Shown: positions 36,473 to 47,705, counted from the stretch's first letter. The stretch is 64,000 bases of DNA from Nemertoderma westbladi (GCA_032718475.1 JAUCBJ010008389.1:103568-167567), one strand, 5' to 3'. Numbers and translations: made by a program. The notes: generated by a model from the sequence alone, not told the origin.

Positions 36473-38509
36473 AAATAAAACTGAACTACCAAAAATACTC
36501 AGATGTTAGACTTTAGACTTTAGTGCACAATTATTGTAATCTTGTATTTAAAACAAATAATCGAATATTCACTTAATGTCGATCGATACATTACATACAT
36601 TCAAAATGTTAAGTAGGACGTACAGTAGTTAAGTAGGATTATATTGTTAACGACGTTAACAGTGCGAAACATAGGTCCTACACGTATTTGTGTTGTTGTC
36701 TTGCTCTTGTTTAGGCCTAGTGTAATATAACCTCCACTCCTAATTAATTTCAATTTACATAATCAGTCGTTTATCGACCTACTAAAATATTAATTTTACA
36801 ATAAATTTTAACAGGAAAATCACAAAAATATTCAGTTTCCACTAAATACATTAATTTATCACTCATATTTATTAATTATCACTACACGATCTATACTATC
36901 ACTCACAATGCAGTTTTATTTTACATAACAAAATTAATTATAATAATTCTAAAAATATAAGGCAGATTATCCTAAAGTTAGCTCTTTAGTCTTTAACAAT
37001 CTTATACATTGACAAGACTTATAAAATAATTGATGTTGAATAATTATTATTAAGATTAAAATATATTATTAGGAATTCGAAGAAAGCAAATTGTATTGAG
37101 TTAGTACAGTAGTATTGGCAAGTTAATCTCATAAACCAGTCTAGTCTAACTTTAGAGTAGCCTTGTTCGCATTGTTCCAGGTTTAGGCCTATAGATTCCA
37201 CCGTCTTCGTTCCAGGTTTAATACTGTAATAGACTCCGTTATCCGTCTCGATCGCTTCGGTATGCACCATCTTACTGGGTTTAATAAACTCCATCGCTCT
37301 GTTTTGTAGATTACTTCGCCATCGTCTGATCGCTTTGGTTGCGTGTTTAATATTGTAGCCTAATTCTAATAGTCGCCACCGTATCGTTCTGGATACATTG
37401 AATAGACTCCATTGTCCATCACGATCGTTTCATTGTTTACGTTTAATTGACTCCGTTGCCTCCTCGGATTAGGAATCCGGCCGGGTTTCGTAGATTCCGC
37501 CATCGTTCAGCAGTTCAGTGTTTTTAATCAAAGCCATAATTCCGGCACCACGATCAACGATTTCGAAAGTAGCAGACAGACAGACTCCGTCAACAACAAC
37601 ACTCGGGGAACAGGAACATACTATACTGTACAGTAGAATCCACTCTAATCTACTTTGCTAAGGTACTTTTGCACTTTATTATCTGTATCCCTTACGGTAC
37701 CGGTATCGATTTATGAATACGGGTACAATAAAATATAAGATGCACAGTACAATGGAAAGGAGCTAAACTAGAAATAACAAATATAGTTACCGTAGAAACA
37801 TCACCTAAATGTTATAATCACTGAAATTTGTAATCTTTAATAATTATGGTATGTTAACACTCAAACATGTTAGGTTAGGAAATAAATATCAGCCCAATTT
37901 AGATTCTTTACCTTGTCTAAAGTTACAGAAAGGCCATGATAATAAAAGGGCTACGGGTTCGAGGCCCAGGCCTTGCACGATTTGCAGTGGGCATCAGGGA
38001 GCTCGGGCGAGTCTCTGAGGCGAGAGTTGGGATGGAGAGGAGGATCGCCAAAACAGTCAACATCGGGATTACAGGCGACGCCCATGCCAGCGGGCGCCGA
38101 GGGCGATTTCGCGAAGAAAAGACCAGGGGAACTAGAAGGATGGAAAGTCACGGGCGAGAGCCAAGGTGGGAAGGGACACAGTGGGTCTACCGGGATACCG
38201 GGTTTGGATCTACTCCCAGCGGAGGACGAGGATGACGACGAGTTCGGGGAGATACCTCCCATCGAGAGGATCGGCCACTCAGACAGGGACTGGGTTTGCG
38301 GGAGAGTGGTGACGGCCAGCGGGGCGAGGGCCTTCTGGGATAAACCCGGTAAGCGGGCCTGGGCGCATGAGGAGCCGGCGATGGATTTCGTGGGGAGCAC
38401 CATCAGATTGAGCAAACAACCGGGAACGGCACCACGGGTAGTGTTCGGAGAGACGATGCCGAGGCGAGACAAGGACATAGATATGGACAGAGACGTTAAC
38501 GTCCAGAAG

Positions 38510-39050
38510 TGTTAGCTTATTCAATCCCGCCAACACCCCATAAAGTTATAAGCCGATAAGCAATATTGGGAGCCACGAGATTGGGCAATTAACCAACTCG
38601 TGCCATCCCAATAAGAGTGGGAAGGAAGCACACAATAGAGGGTCAGGGGCCAAACCCCTAACCCAGGGAGAACAGGTGGAGTGAACGGGAATACTCCACG
38701 GGGCGCCAACAAGGGTATTAACCAATCAGAGGGGGGGAATGGCATCGATTGAGTAGCAGTAAGGCCACCGTGCAATATAACCAATAACCTATTAATCAGT
38801 GATTCAGTTATCTCAGTGCAGCAGTGCTAGCGTAGGGTACAGTCAATTAGTTTAGTTAGGGGATCACGGGACTTTAGTTACCGTATCCCGCCTTGTACAC
38901 ATTATATCTATATCTATATCCTATGCCCTATTATTATTATACACCGAACTTCAGAACTCAGTCACTCTATTTCACCCTTATACACGGCGGGGACGCGTGG
39001 ACTAAATTACCACATCGGATAAATCGGGATCCCTCCTGGATCCCGTCACA
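38510..39050 (+). repeat. 5' LTR of element 2
   Basis: Direct repeat of 51459-51999. TATA-like AATATAA at 38774 and TCAGT initiator-like motifs at about 38796-38817. Confidence 0.96.
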
Positions 39051-39130
39051 GTAACTAAATCCGAGCTGCCGCCCCAGTTAAACTCTGAGAACTACACTGC
39101 TAGCTAGTCGAACTCCACCGAGCAGACGAG

Positions 39131-42100
39131 ATGAGTGAATCGGGCGAGACACCGCCGCGGACCCCGGACGAAGATCAAACGATCCGCGAGGCCGCGACCA
39201 AGCGATACAGGCCCACAACACCGGAGCCATCGATAACGGGCGAACCGGAAGTCCAGAACGAGGAGAGCCTGGAACCCGAAGTCGAGCCGAGAGAGAAAGA
39301 GAGCGAGATGGCGGGAGATGGAGATGAGTCGACACGGAACGGAGAACGGCGCGCCGATGTCGCCGGCCAGCTACCGGCCGAGGGCGACGAGCGGCCCACC
39401 GAAACGGTGGGGCCGACGGTGCGACGCCGGACGCGAAGAGACGGAGGAGAGATTGGTACCGATGTCGCCGGCCAGCTACAGGCCGAGGGCGACGGACGGC
39501 CCACCGGAACGGCGACGGTGGAGCCGCCGGTACGACGTCGAACCCGGAGGGACGGAGGAGAGGTCGGCGACGAGGACGTCGGGGTTTCAGAGCGACTTCG
39601 ACGAGCCTACATCGCGGCCCGGAGGATGATAAAGGACGCCAAGAAGGAAGGGGCGAAGGTAGACGAGGTGAGACTGAGAAAGCGACTAGGTGAGTCGGAT
39701 AGACACTTTAATTATCTAATACGTTTTGGGCAGAGAGAACTAGCCGAAACGAGAGCACATGAAATTGCCGGGGAACTGTTTGAACTATGGGAATGTGGGA
39801 GTATGGAACCTAGCGTAGCGTCAGTGTACATAGGGCCATACTTGGTCGATGCCCGGGGAGTAAAACCAGCGGGTTGGAAGGGACTCGAAGGGGGCGAATC
39901 CGAGGTTAACCCCGAGGATTCGGCCTCGTCGGTCGGAGAAAGCTCCGGGAAGCGGGGGAAAATCAGTAGGTCGGGAAGGCGGGGGAAATCCGTCGTAACC
40001 GATAAGTCTGTTACATCCTCCGCGAAAGGAAGAGCGGTGAGAGAGATAGGTGCCGAATATCGTCTCAGCATGGCAGAGAAAGATCATAGAGAAATGAAGG
40101 AACGGCTAGAGGAAGGGAGAGTGCGGTTAGAGAGGGAAACGGCATTGCTTAAAGAAACAGGAGAGAGGGCCGAAAGGGCTTTGAAAAGCCTAAGGGAGTA
40201 TGATGAGATAGAGGAAAGGGAGTGTAGGGAGCGTGAGGCGAGAGGGGAAAAGGAACGCAAGGAGCGTGAGGCGGAACGCAAGGAGCGTGAGGCGAGAGGG
40301 GAAAAGGAACGCAAGGAGCGTGAGGCGAGAGAGGAAAGGGAACGCAAGGAGCGTGAGGCAAGGGAGGAAAGGGAACGCAAGGAGCGTGAGGCGGAACGCA
40401 AGGAGCGTGAGGCGAGAGAGGAAAAGGAACGCAAGGAGCGCGAAATGAGACGAAGGGAGAGTATTAAGAGCGCTGCAGAGTCGGCCATTAGGGACACCCA
40501 GGAGCGTGAGAGGAGAGTGGCAGAGACTGAGGGAGAGAACAAGAAAATAGAGAGACTACAGAGTGAGTCTGCGGGAGATGAGATTAAACGGGCGCACGAG
40601 TTGCAACTCGTGCGAACAGCGCCGTCTGAAAGCGGGGCCGGCTCGAGTATTTTTAGGGAGCCGGGGGCCGTAGATACATTTATTAATACCCCACTGACAG
40701 GGACCGCACGACAGACTCAAGACTGGTGCGACCGTACGGGCGGGGGGGGTAATAATAATAATGGTACAGTAGACGTTGTTAATATTGATAATACCGTATG
40801 GGACAACACTAATCAAACCTTTATTACAGGTAATGCTTTACATAGTGGTAGTAATTTAAATTTAAATCAGAACGCCCCTAGTATTAATGTAGGAAATAAC
40901 TCTAATATTAATGTAGCTACGCAAAATAATTCAAATAATCAAAATAATAACCCAGATTCGAATCTACAAAATAATTTAAATAACGCAATTACGCAAAACA
41001 ATTCGAATAATTTAAATAATGACCTATGCCCGAATTTACAAAATAATTCAGATAACGTAGTCGTGCAGAATAATATAAATAACTTTGTTCCAAACGAACA
41101 AAATAATTCCGTTTCCAATATGGGTGCTATTAATGTAAACGCGTCGGGCCTGCATAACCAGGAAACAGAGGGCCTGGTAGGCCACGTAGTTAGTAGACAG
41201 GGAGCAGAGGGCCTGGTAGGCCACGTAGTTAGTAGACAGGAAGCAGAGGGCCTGGTAGGCCACGTAGTTGGTAGGGAGGGAGTAGAGGGCCTGGTAGGCC
41301 ACGCAATAGCAGAGGGAGAGGCGGGGGTGAATGGACCCGACCGCAGTAGGGTTGATGTGTCGACTAGAGAGGTATATAATAGCGGGGAGAGAGGTAGCGA
41401 AGTTAGATGTAGCGAGTGGGGGGGGGGGGGGGCTACGAGGACCCCACGACAGAGAGTTAGCGGCGAGAGGGGGGGGGGGGGGGCAAGGAGTGTCCCACAG
41501 CCGTCAGCGGATAATGCGAGGGCCGATATAGGTAAACCGCAACGACCGGCGACGGAAAGTAATAGGGGGATCGCGAGTATCCCCAGCGGCGTGCGACCGA
41601 GCAGAGAGAGACAGGTTGACGTCGCGAGAGGGCGGACGAAGCGTCGAGCCCGATCAGAGGAGGGAAGAAGAACAGTGGGGTTTAACTGGGACCAGACAGG
41701 GGAAACTATACAGCACCCGTCGAATCCATTGGAAGCGCAGGCGATAGGGATGGCCACGTTGATCGATGCTTTGAAAACGAGGATCGAGTTACCACCCGTG
41801 GAACCATTCAAGTTCGACGGGAGTAGGCCGGAAGAATATTTACAATTTCGGCGAATGTATAGTAACGAAATACTAACAAAAAACTTGACGCAGGCGGAGT
41901 GCCTAAAGTATCTACAAGTGTACACGGGAGGCCCAGCATACGATATCGTGAGGCAATACCAAGGAATAGAGGGCGGCTTCACGACAGCATGGCGGGCACT
42001 GGATAGGGAATACGGGCACCCGGCCAAGATCATCAGGCAGACGCTGAGAGGCATAACATCGGGTGGCCTACAGGACAACCCCGTTAGCATTAAGACGTTT

Positions 42101-43735
42101 GCTAACAAAGTCGAAAAGGCGCTAATCGTACTGAAGACGCTAGACGCGCCGTACGAGCTCAATGCGTCCAACAACATCACCACGATAGCGCAGGCACTAC
42201 CGAACTGGCTGCGCAACAAGTGGAGAAAAATCGCCTTCTCCACTCGAGATAAGAAGGGTGCGGAACCAGGTTTAGAAGAAATGTCAAACTTCTTAAATTA
42301 CGAGGCTGAACTAATAACGGACCCAGTCTATAGTGAAGATAGCCTGGGAAAGGGACCAAAGACAGATCACTACAGGCCGAAACCAGAGCACAATACATCA
42401 AACGCATTGCCGAGGCTCAGGCAATCATTGCCATACGCAGCGACGCAGGGGACTGCAAGTCCACAGGCAAACGGAGATAAGACAACATCATGGAACGGAC
42501 AGGGGAACAATAACAACATGAATAAACATAACCCCAGTACGTCCAGTAGGCCAAATCCAGTCAATAAGAATAGTAGGGACTTTGGTACGAACATAACTGC
42601 GATACGCAATGCATTGTATAAAGAGGGCTACGACCCAAAGAGCAAATGCCAGTTACACGCAAATGCGCTTCATAAAACCATGAACTGCAGGTACTGGCAG
42701 GCGCTACCGAGGCAAGACCAGATAGATTACGCGTCGAGCAATAAAATCTGCTCGCGATGTGTGAAGAGTGGACACAAGGCCAGGGAGTGCCAAGAGAAGC
42801 CGGTCAAGTTTGGCCAAAGGAGAGGCCAAACGATGGCAACGAGCACGGTAGGGGCGAAGAAGAGAGGCACGGTGTTACTTGGAGTAGTACCGGTGCGAGT
42901 GATCGGGGAAGGCAATCGATCAGTAACAACATTAATGCTGGTTGATAGTGGAGCTGCCATCACATTAGTCGAGGAATGGGTAGCCGAAGAAATAGGATTG
43001 AGAACAAGGCCAAGCAGAATGGCGGTAACAACCATCTCTAGCAAAGATGAGATCCTAGAGATGAGGACAGGACGGTGCGCAATTGCAGCAGTAGCACCAG
43101 GATGCGATTATGGGGCAACCATCGACCCCATCCAAGTAATAGAGTCAATTAACATCAATGCCAGGCGGCCAACCAACATCGAGGTCGAGCAATACAAATT
43201 CCTGGACAACATTGACTTCTCGATCCCAGACGTGGACGTTAGGAAGGTATCCATCATAGTAGGAATGGACTGCCCGACGGCCCACGAAAGAATGCAAACG
43301 GTCTTCGGCGAAGACAAGCAGAGCGACCCGGTGGCTATATTAACACCATTCGGGTGGACGCTGAGTGGTCCAATTAAGAGCAAGATACCATTCAGGATGT
43401 CGGAGACATCAGGATGCATGTTCGCGGGAACAATGCAGGAAATGGGTGATGAGGGAGCAGAGGAGCAGCTTAAAAGACTGCTCAGACAAGACTTTGAGGG
43501 ACTGAAAGAGACCGGGGTCGGGACCTCGGTAGAAGACAAACAGGCTCTACAAAGCGTGGAGGAATCGATGACGTGTGATGAGGGGCGGTATACAATAGGA
43601 ATGGTATGGAAACTACCGAAGATACCGCTACCCGATAATAGGGGGATGGTACTCACGAGACTTCGTAAGCTGAAACAAACACTAAAACGGAGCCCCGAGA
43701 AGAACGAGTACATTCACAAAACCATTAAGAAGTAG
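39131..43735 (+). CDS. Bel/Pao Gag-protease and start of pol (1534 aa), ending at an in-frame TAG
   Basis: Gag core PFKFDGSRPEEY...LKYLQVYTGG; knuckles CQLH...HKTMNC and CSRCVKSGHKAREC; protease LVDSGA...IIVGMD...TPFGWTLSG. Confidence 0.92.
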   Translation: MSESGETPPRTPDEDQTIREAATKRYRPTTPEPSITGEPEVQNEESLEPEVEPREKESEMAGDGDESTRNGERRADVAGQLPAEGDERPTETVGPTVRRRTRRDGGEIGTDVAGQLQAEGDGRPTGTATVEPPVRRRTRRDGGEVGDEDVGVSERLRRAYIAARRMIKDAKKEGAKVDEVRLRKRLGESDRHFNYLIRFGQRELAETRAHEIAGELFELWECGSMEPSVASVYIGPYLVDARGVKPAGWKGLEGGESEVNPEDSASSVGESSGKRGKISRSGRRGKSVVTDKSVTSSAKGRAVREIGAEYRLSMAEKDHREMKERLEEGRVRLERETALLKETGERAERALKSLREYDEIEERECREREARGEKERKEREAERKEREARGEKERKEREAREERERKEREAREERERKEREAERKEREAREEKERKEREMRRRESIKSAAESAIRDTQERERRVAETEGENKKIERLQSESAGDEIKRAHELQLVRTAPSESGAGSSIFREPGAVDTFINTPLTGTARQTQDWCDRTGGGGNNNNGTVDVVNIDNTVWDNTNQTFITGNALHSGSNLNLNQNAPSINVGNNSNINVATQNNSNNQNNNPDSNLQNNLNNAITQNNSNNLNNDLCPNLQNNSDNVVVQNNINNFVPNEQNNSVSNMGAINVNASGLHNQETEGLVGHVVSRQGAEGLVGHVVSRQEAEGLVGHVVGREGVEGLVGHAIAEGEAGVNGPDRSRVDVSTREVYNSGERGSEVRCSEWGGGGATRTPRQRVSGERGGGGARSVPQPSADNARADIGKPQRPATESNRGIASIPSGVRPSRERQVDVARGRTKRRARSEEGRRTVGFNWDQTGETIQHPSNPLEAQAIGMATLIDALKTRIELPPVEPFKFDGSRPEEYLQFRRMYSNEILTKNLTQAECLKYLQVYTGGPAYDIVRQYQGIEGGFTTAWRALDREYGHPAKIIRQTLRGITSGGLQDNPVSIKTFANKVEKALIVLKTLDAPYELNASNNITTIAQALPNWLRNKWRKIAFSTRDKKGAEPGLEEMSNFLNYEAELITDPVYSEDSLGKGPKTDHYRPKPEHNTSNALPRLRQSLPYAATQGTASPQANGDKTTSWNGQGNNNNMNKHNPSTSSRPNPVNKNSRDFGTNITAIRNALYKEGYDPKSKCQLHANALHKTMNCRYWQALPRQDQIDYASSNKICSRCVKSGHKARECQEKPVKFGQRRGQTMATSTVGAKKRGTVLLGVVPVRVIGEGNRSVTTLMLVDSGAAITLVEEWVAEEIGLRTRPSRMAVTTISSKDEILEMRTGRCAIAAVAPGCDYGATIDPIQVIESININARRPTNIEVEQYKFLDNIDFSIPDVDVRKVSIIVGMDCPTAHERMQTVFGEDKQSDPVAILTPFGWTLSGPIKSKIPFRMSETSGCMFAGTMQEMGDEGAEEQLKRLLRQDFEGLKETGVGTSVEDKQALQSVEESMTCDEGRYTIGMVWKLPKIPLPDNRGMVLTRLRKLKQTLKRSPEKNEYIHKTIKK

Positions 43736-46700
43736 GTCGAGAAAGGATGGGCCGTGGAGTTACCGGTCGACGAGCCGAACACGGACAGGACATACTACCT
43801 GCCACTCCACGTAGCATTAGACCCAAAGAAAGGTAAACTGAGGATGGTAGTCGATGCATCGGCAAAGACCGACAGAAAATGCTTAAACGATTACCTGTTG
43901 GAAGGCCCAAATATTTACAATTCGGGCATAGAAGTACTACTTAGATTTAGGAATGGGAAACACGCCTTCACGTGTGACATAGAAGGCATGTTCAACCAGG
44001 TCCGTGTAACGGAAGAAGACAGTGACAGTCAACGCTTCTTATGGTATAACGGCGAAGAAGAACCGCCGATAATACCAGCGTATAAGATGGTAGTACAAAA
44101 CATGGGGGCCAAGTCGTCCTCATTTACGACGACTATGGCAGTGAGAGACACGGTAAAGGGGAAGGAAGATAGATACAGCAGTAGGGCCGTCGATATGATC
44201 CGACGCGGCTTCTACGTAGACGACGGTATGGAGTCTGGAAATACGGTTGAGGAGATACTGGAAACAGGGCGCGAGGTTCGCGACATCCTGAAAGGATCCG
44301 GCTTCAACCTGACCAAATTCCAATCCAGTTCAGAAGAATTTGTCAAGGCAATAGAGGACAAGAAACCAGAATCGACCATGGACAACCCTACAACAGCCAA
44401 AGGACAGGACATGGCAAATAAGAGAACACAATCGCAGCAAAAGGCATTGGGAATCGTGTGGGATAGAGAAACAGACGAACTGAAGTATCAGCTGAGCCAA
44501 GAGGGCGCAGACACCCATACGAAGAGGGGTTATGTATCGTATATAGCAAGGATATACGATCCCCTAGGCCTAGCATCCCCATTACTAGTCACGGGGAAAC
44601 AGATACTCAAGAGAGTATATAAATTGAAGGATGAGTGGGACGTAGAGGTACCAGAAGACATCAAGAAACAGTGGAGCAGATGGACAGGAGACCTGGAAAG
44701 AATGGGAACATACAACATGCCGCGAGTGTATTTTCCGGACGGGAACATGAAAAGTCTGGACCTACATATGTTCTCCGACGCGTCGTTGGAGGCATACGGA
44801 GCGGCACTCTATTTAGTACAACGAGAGGGGGCTCACAAGCCCAGACTAGCCTTTAGCAAAGCTAAGTCAACGCCGCCAGATTCAGCATCTGTTCCCAAGT
44901 TAGAATTGACAGCTGCGAGACTAGGAGTTAGAGCCACAGCCTACCTAGTGGATACTATTCCCAACATAGTGGAGACACACTACTGGACGGACTCCATGGT
45001 AGTGCTTGGTTGGCTACACAACGAAAAGACGAGATACCCAATATTCGTCGCGAATAGAGTGGACGAAATAAGGGCGAGCACAGAACTGGAAAGGTGGCAC
45101 TACTGCCCAACAGACGAGAACCCAGCGGACTTGCTGTCGAGGGGCGTGGAACGCCACACTTTCTTAAAGAAGGAAGTATTGTGGCAACATGGGCCACAAT
45201 TTCTGAGCGATAAAGAGGCCTGGCCGCCAATGAGAAAGGTGGAGCCGGGCTCAGAAGTGGTGTCAGAGGGAGAAGAGGGAGACTCGGAGGGAGAAGAGAT
45301 ATACTCCCAGATGGTGAGGGAGATTAGGGACGTGCAACCAAAGCAAGAACTACGCGATAACCCGACGGACAAACTCCTCAGCTATAGTTCTAGTTGGTAC
45401 AAGACCAAGAAACTAGTGGCGTACTGGAGAGCCTTCGGGAATTTCCTCGCGGGAGTTAATAAGGAGAAGAAAACCAGGGAAACCATAGATCTGGAAGGAG
45501 CGGCCAAGGCAATAATCCGCTATGAACAACGGAAGAACTACGGCGACGAGGTGGAACGTGTCGGCAACCAACAGCACCTCCGACGGGACAGCGAGTTGAT
45601 TACGCTGTCGCCACAACTCAACGAGGATGGGATTCTAGTAATGAATTCTAGGGTGGGATATAACAACAGTATAGTCGTGCCACCGAAACCCATCATCATT
45701 CCCACAGGATCGCCTATAGTCCACCAGATCATATGGGACTCCCACAAATCGATACTGCATGGGGGCACCAACCGAACCCTCACAGAGATAAGGAGGACCT
45801 ATTGGGTCAAACAATTAAGGAAGAAGGTTAAAGCGGTAGTGGGGCAGTGCCAGACCTGCCGACGAGCGAAGAAGGAACGAGCCGTACAGGAGATGGCGCC
45901 ACTACCGGCGAGTAGGGTAAGACAGCACGACCCGCCATTTACGCATTGCGGTGTGGACATGTTCGGGCCGATAAAGATCAAGGTGATGCGACACACGGAG
46001 AAACGCTACGGTATTATCTTCGTATGCAACAATACACGGGCGGTAGGGATAGAACTCGCCCAAGATGCAACCGCATCAGCATTCATTAACGCCTTAGAAA
46101 GGTTTAGGGACCGCAAAGGTGGGACGATCGCAGTGATATACAGCGACAATGGCACCAACTTTGTGGGCGCAGAGAGTGAGATGGCAGAGGCCTTGGAAAT
46201 CTTAGAAGGAGAAGAAGTCAGGGCAGCCATGAGAAGACGACAAGTAAGGTGGGAAAGAAGGACGCCGTATGCACCACATACACTAGGATGCGTCGAGAGA
46301 CTGGTGGGCAGTTCAAAGCGTCTAATGACGAAGTTAATGAACACCCACATGGTCACTGAAGACGTCTTACGGACAGTACTTGCGAAGTGCGAGGGGATCA
46401 TTAATAGCAGACCGCTATACCCGGAGAATGATGACCCTGAGTCATTAGACGTGCTGACGCCTAGCCATTTTCTGATGGAAAGGCCAGCGACCATCGATAT
46501 GCGGGGTGTAGACCCAGATGACATACACTCCCGCCAAAGTTGGAAAGTCGCTAAAGCAATAAGCGCAGAGTATTGGAGGAGGTGGGTCGAGGAATACCTA
46601 CCCACGCTCCATAAGCGAAGCAAGTGGAGGAAGCCGAACAGGGAGTTAAGAGAGGGAGATCTCGTAATCGTCACGGATGATACTATCATCAACAACCAGT

Positions 46701-46852
46701 GGCGGTTGGCGAGAGTCGTAGGCACCTACTCCGACGAGGACGGAAGAGTCCGATCGGTAGAAGTGCGGATAGGTGGAAAGATAGGTGCGAAAGACAGAAA
46801 AACCTACAGGAGAGCAGTAGGTAAATGCTGTCTTCTAGAAGGGGCACCTTAA
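43736..46852 (+). CDS. Bel/Pao Pol: reverse transcriptase, RNase H, integrase (same frame as the upstream ORF)
   Basis: YYLPLH...LRMVVDASAK; DIEGMFNQV; FYVDD; FSDAS; PKLEL; NPADLLSRG; HGG...CQTC; GVDMFGP; SDNGTNF; ERLVG; LREGDLV...WRLARV. Confidence 0.95.
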   Translation, partial: VEKGWAVELPVDEPNTDRTYYLPLHVALDPKKGKLRMVVDASAKTDRKCLNDYLLEGPNIYNSGIEVLLRFRNGKHAFTCDIEGMFNQVRVTEEDSDSQRFLWYNGEEEPPIIPAYKMVVQNMGAKSSSFTTTMAVRDTVKGKEDRYSSRAVDMIRRGFYVDDGMESGNTVEEILETGREVRDILKGSGFNLTKFQSSSEEFVKAIEDKKPESTMDNPTTAKGQDMANKRTQSQQKALGIVWDRETDELKYQLSQEGADTHTKRGYVSYIARIYDPLGLASPLLVTGKQILKRVYKLKDEWDVEVPEDIKKQWSRWTGDLERMGTYNMPRVYFPDGNMKSLDLHMFSDASLEAYGAALYLVQREGAHKPRLAFSKAKSTPPDSASVPKLELTAARLGVRATAYLVDTIPNIVETHYWTDSMVVLGWLHNEKTRYPIFVANRVDEIRASTELERWHYCPTDENPADLLSRGVERHTFLKKEVLWQHGPQFLSDKEAWPPMRKVEPGSEVVSEGEEGDSEGEEIYSQMVREIRDVQPKQELRDNPTDKLLSYSSSWYKTKKLVAYWRAFGNFLAGVNKEKKTRETIDLEGAAKAIIRYEQRKNYGDEVERVGNQQHLRRDSELITLSPQLNEDGILVMNSRVGYNNSIVVPPKPIIIPTGSPIVHQIIWDSHKSILHGGTNRTLTEIRRTYWVKQLRKKVKAVVGQCQTCRRAKKERAVQEMAPLPASRVRQHDPPFTHCGVDMFGPIKIKVMRHTEKRYGIIFVCNNTRAVGIELAQDATASAFINALERFRDRKGGTIAVIYSDNGTNFVGAESEMAEALEILEGEEVRAAMRRRQVRWERRTPYAPHTLGCVERLVGSSKRLMTKLMNTHMVTEDVLRTVLAKCEGIINSRPLYPENDDPESLDVLTPSHFLMERPATIDMRGVDPDDIHSRQSWKVAKAISAEYWRRWVEEYLPTLHKRSKWRKPNRELREGDLVIVTDDTIINNQWRLARVVGTYSDEDGRVRSVEVRIGGKIGAKDRKTYRRAVGKCCLLEGAP

Positions 46853-46959
46853 AATGGAGTTAGAGTGGAGTTTAGTCGTCCAAGCTTTGGACTGAGGGGG
46901 GTGGGATTGAGGGCGAGACGCCCTTCCCACACAAATAAAATAAAAATAAAATAAAAATA

Positions 46960-47705
46960 ATAGTTAATTAGTTAGTAGGTACGTAGTACCTAGAGTTAGT
47001 TAGTTAGTTAGTAGGTACGTGGTACCTAGAGTTAGTTAGTTAGTTAGTAGGTACGTAGTACCTAGAGTTAGTTAGTTAGTAGGTACGTAGTGCCTAGAGT
47101 TAGAGAGTTAGTAGGTACGTAGTACCTAGAGTTAGAGGGTTAATAGGTACGTAGTACCTAGAGTTAGTTAGTTAGTTAGTAGGTACGTAGTACCTAGAGT
47201 TAGTTAGTTAGTTAGTAGGTACGTAGTACCTAGAGTTAGTTAGTTAGTTAGTAGGTACGTAGTACCTAGAGTTAGAGTTAGAGTTAGAGGGTACATAGTA
47301 CCGATAGTTAGAGAGTTAGTAGGTACGTAGTACCTAGTTAGAGTTAGAGTTAGAGTTAGAGGGTACGTAGTACCGATAGTTAGAGTTAGTAGGTACGTAG
47401 TACCTAGTTAGAGTTAGTAGGTACGTAGTACCTAGTTAGAGTTAGAGTTAGAGGGTACGTAGTACCGATAGTTAGAGAGTTAGTAGGTACGTAGTACCTA
47501 GTTAGAGTTCGAGTTAGAGTTAGAGGGTACGTAGTACCGATAGTTAGAGAGTTAGTAGGTACGTAGTACCTAGTTAGAGTTAGAGTTAGAGGGTACGTAG
47601 TACCGATAGTTAGAGTTAGTAGGTATGTAGTACCTAGTTAGAGTTAGAGTTAGTAGGTACGTAGTACCGTTAATTAGAGTTAGAGGGTACGTAGTACCAT
47701 TAGTT
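46960..47705. repeat. Array of about 22 short hairpin units with (GTTA)/(GAGTTA) linkers between pol and ORF3
   Basis: Core TAGGTAC-GTA-GTACCTA (7-bp stem, 3-nt loop) and a variant GGTAC-GTA-GTACC. Confidence 0.93.

Noticed and set aside
37019-37620. Short ORF and GACTCC-containing degenerate repeats
   Set aside because: No recognisable domain or element boundaries; insufficient support.
40939-42243. 434-aa antisense ORF (also 46006-46725 and 43108-43713)
   Set aside because: Shadow frames of the gag-pol sense ORF with no recognisable motifs.
46960-47705. CRISPR array or telomeric repeat
   Set aside because: The linkers are low-complexity GTTA/GAGTTA rather than unique spacers, and there is no TTAGG/TTAGGG run. 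It is internal to an LTR element.
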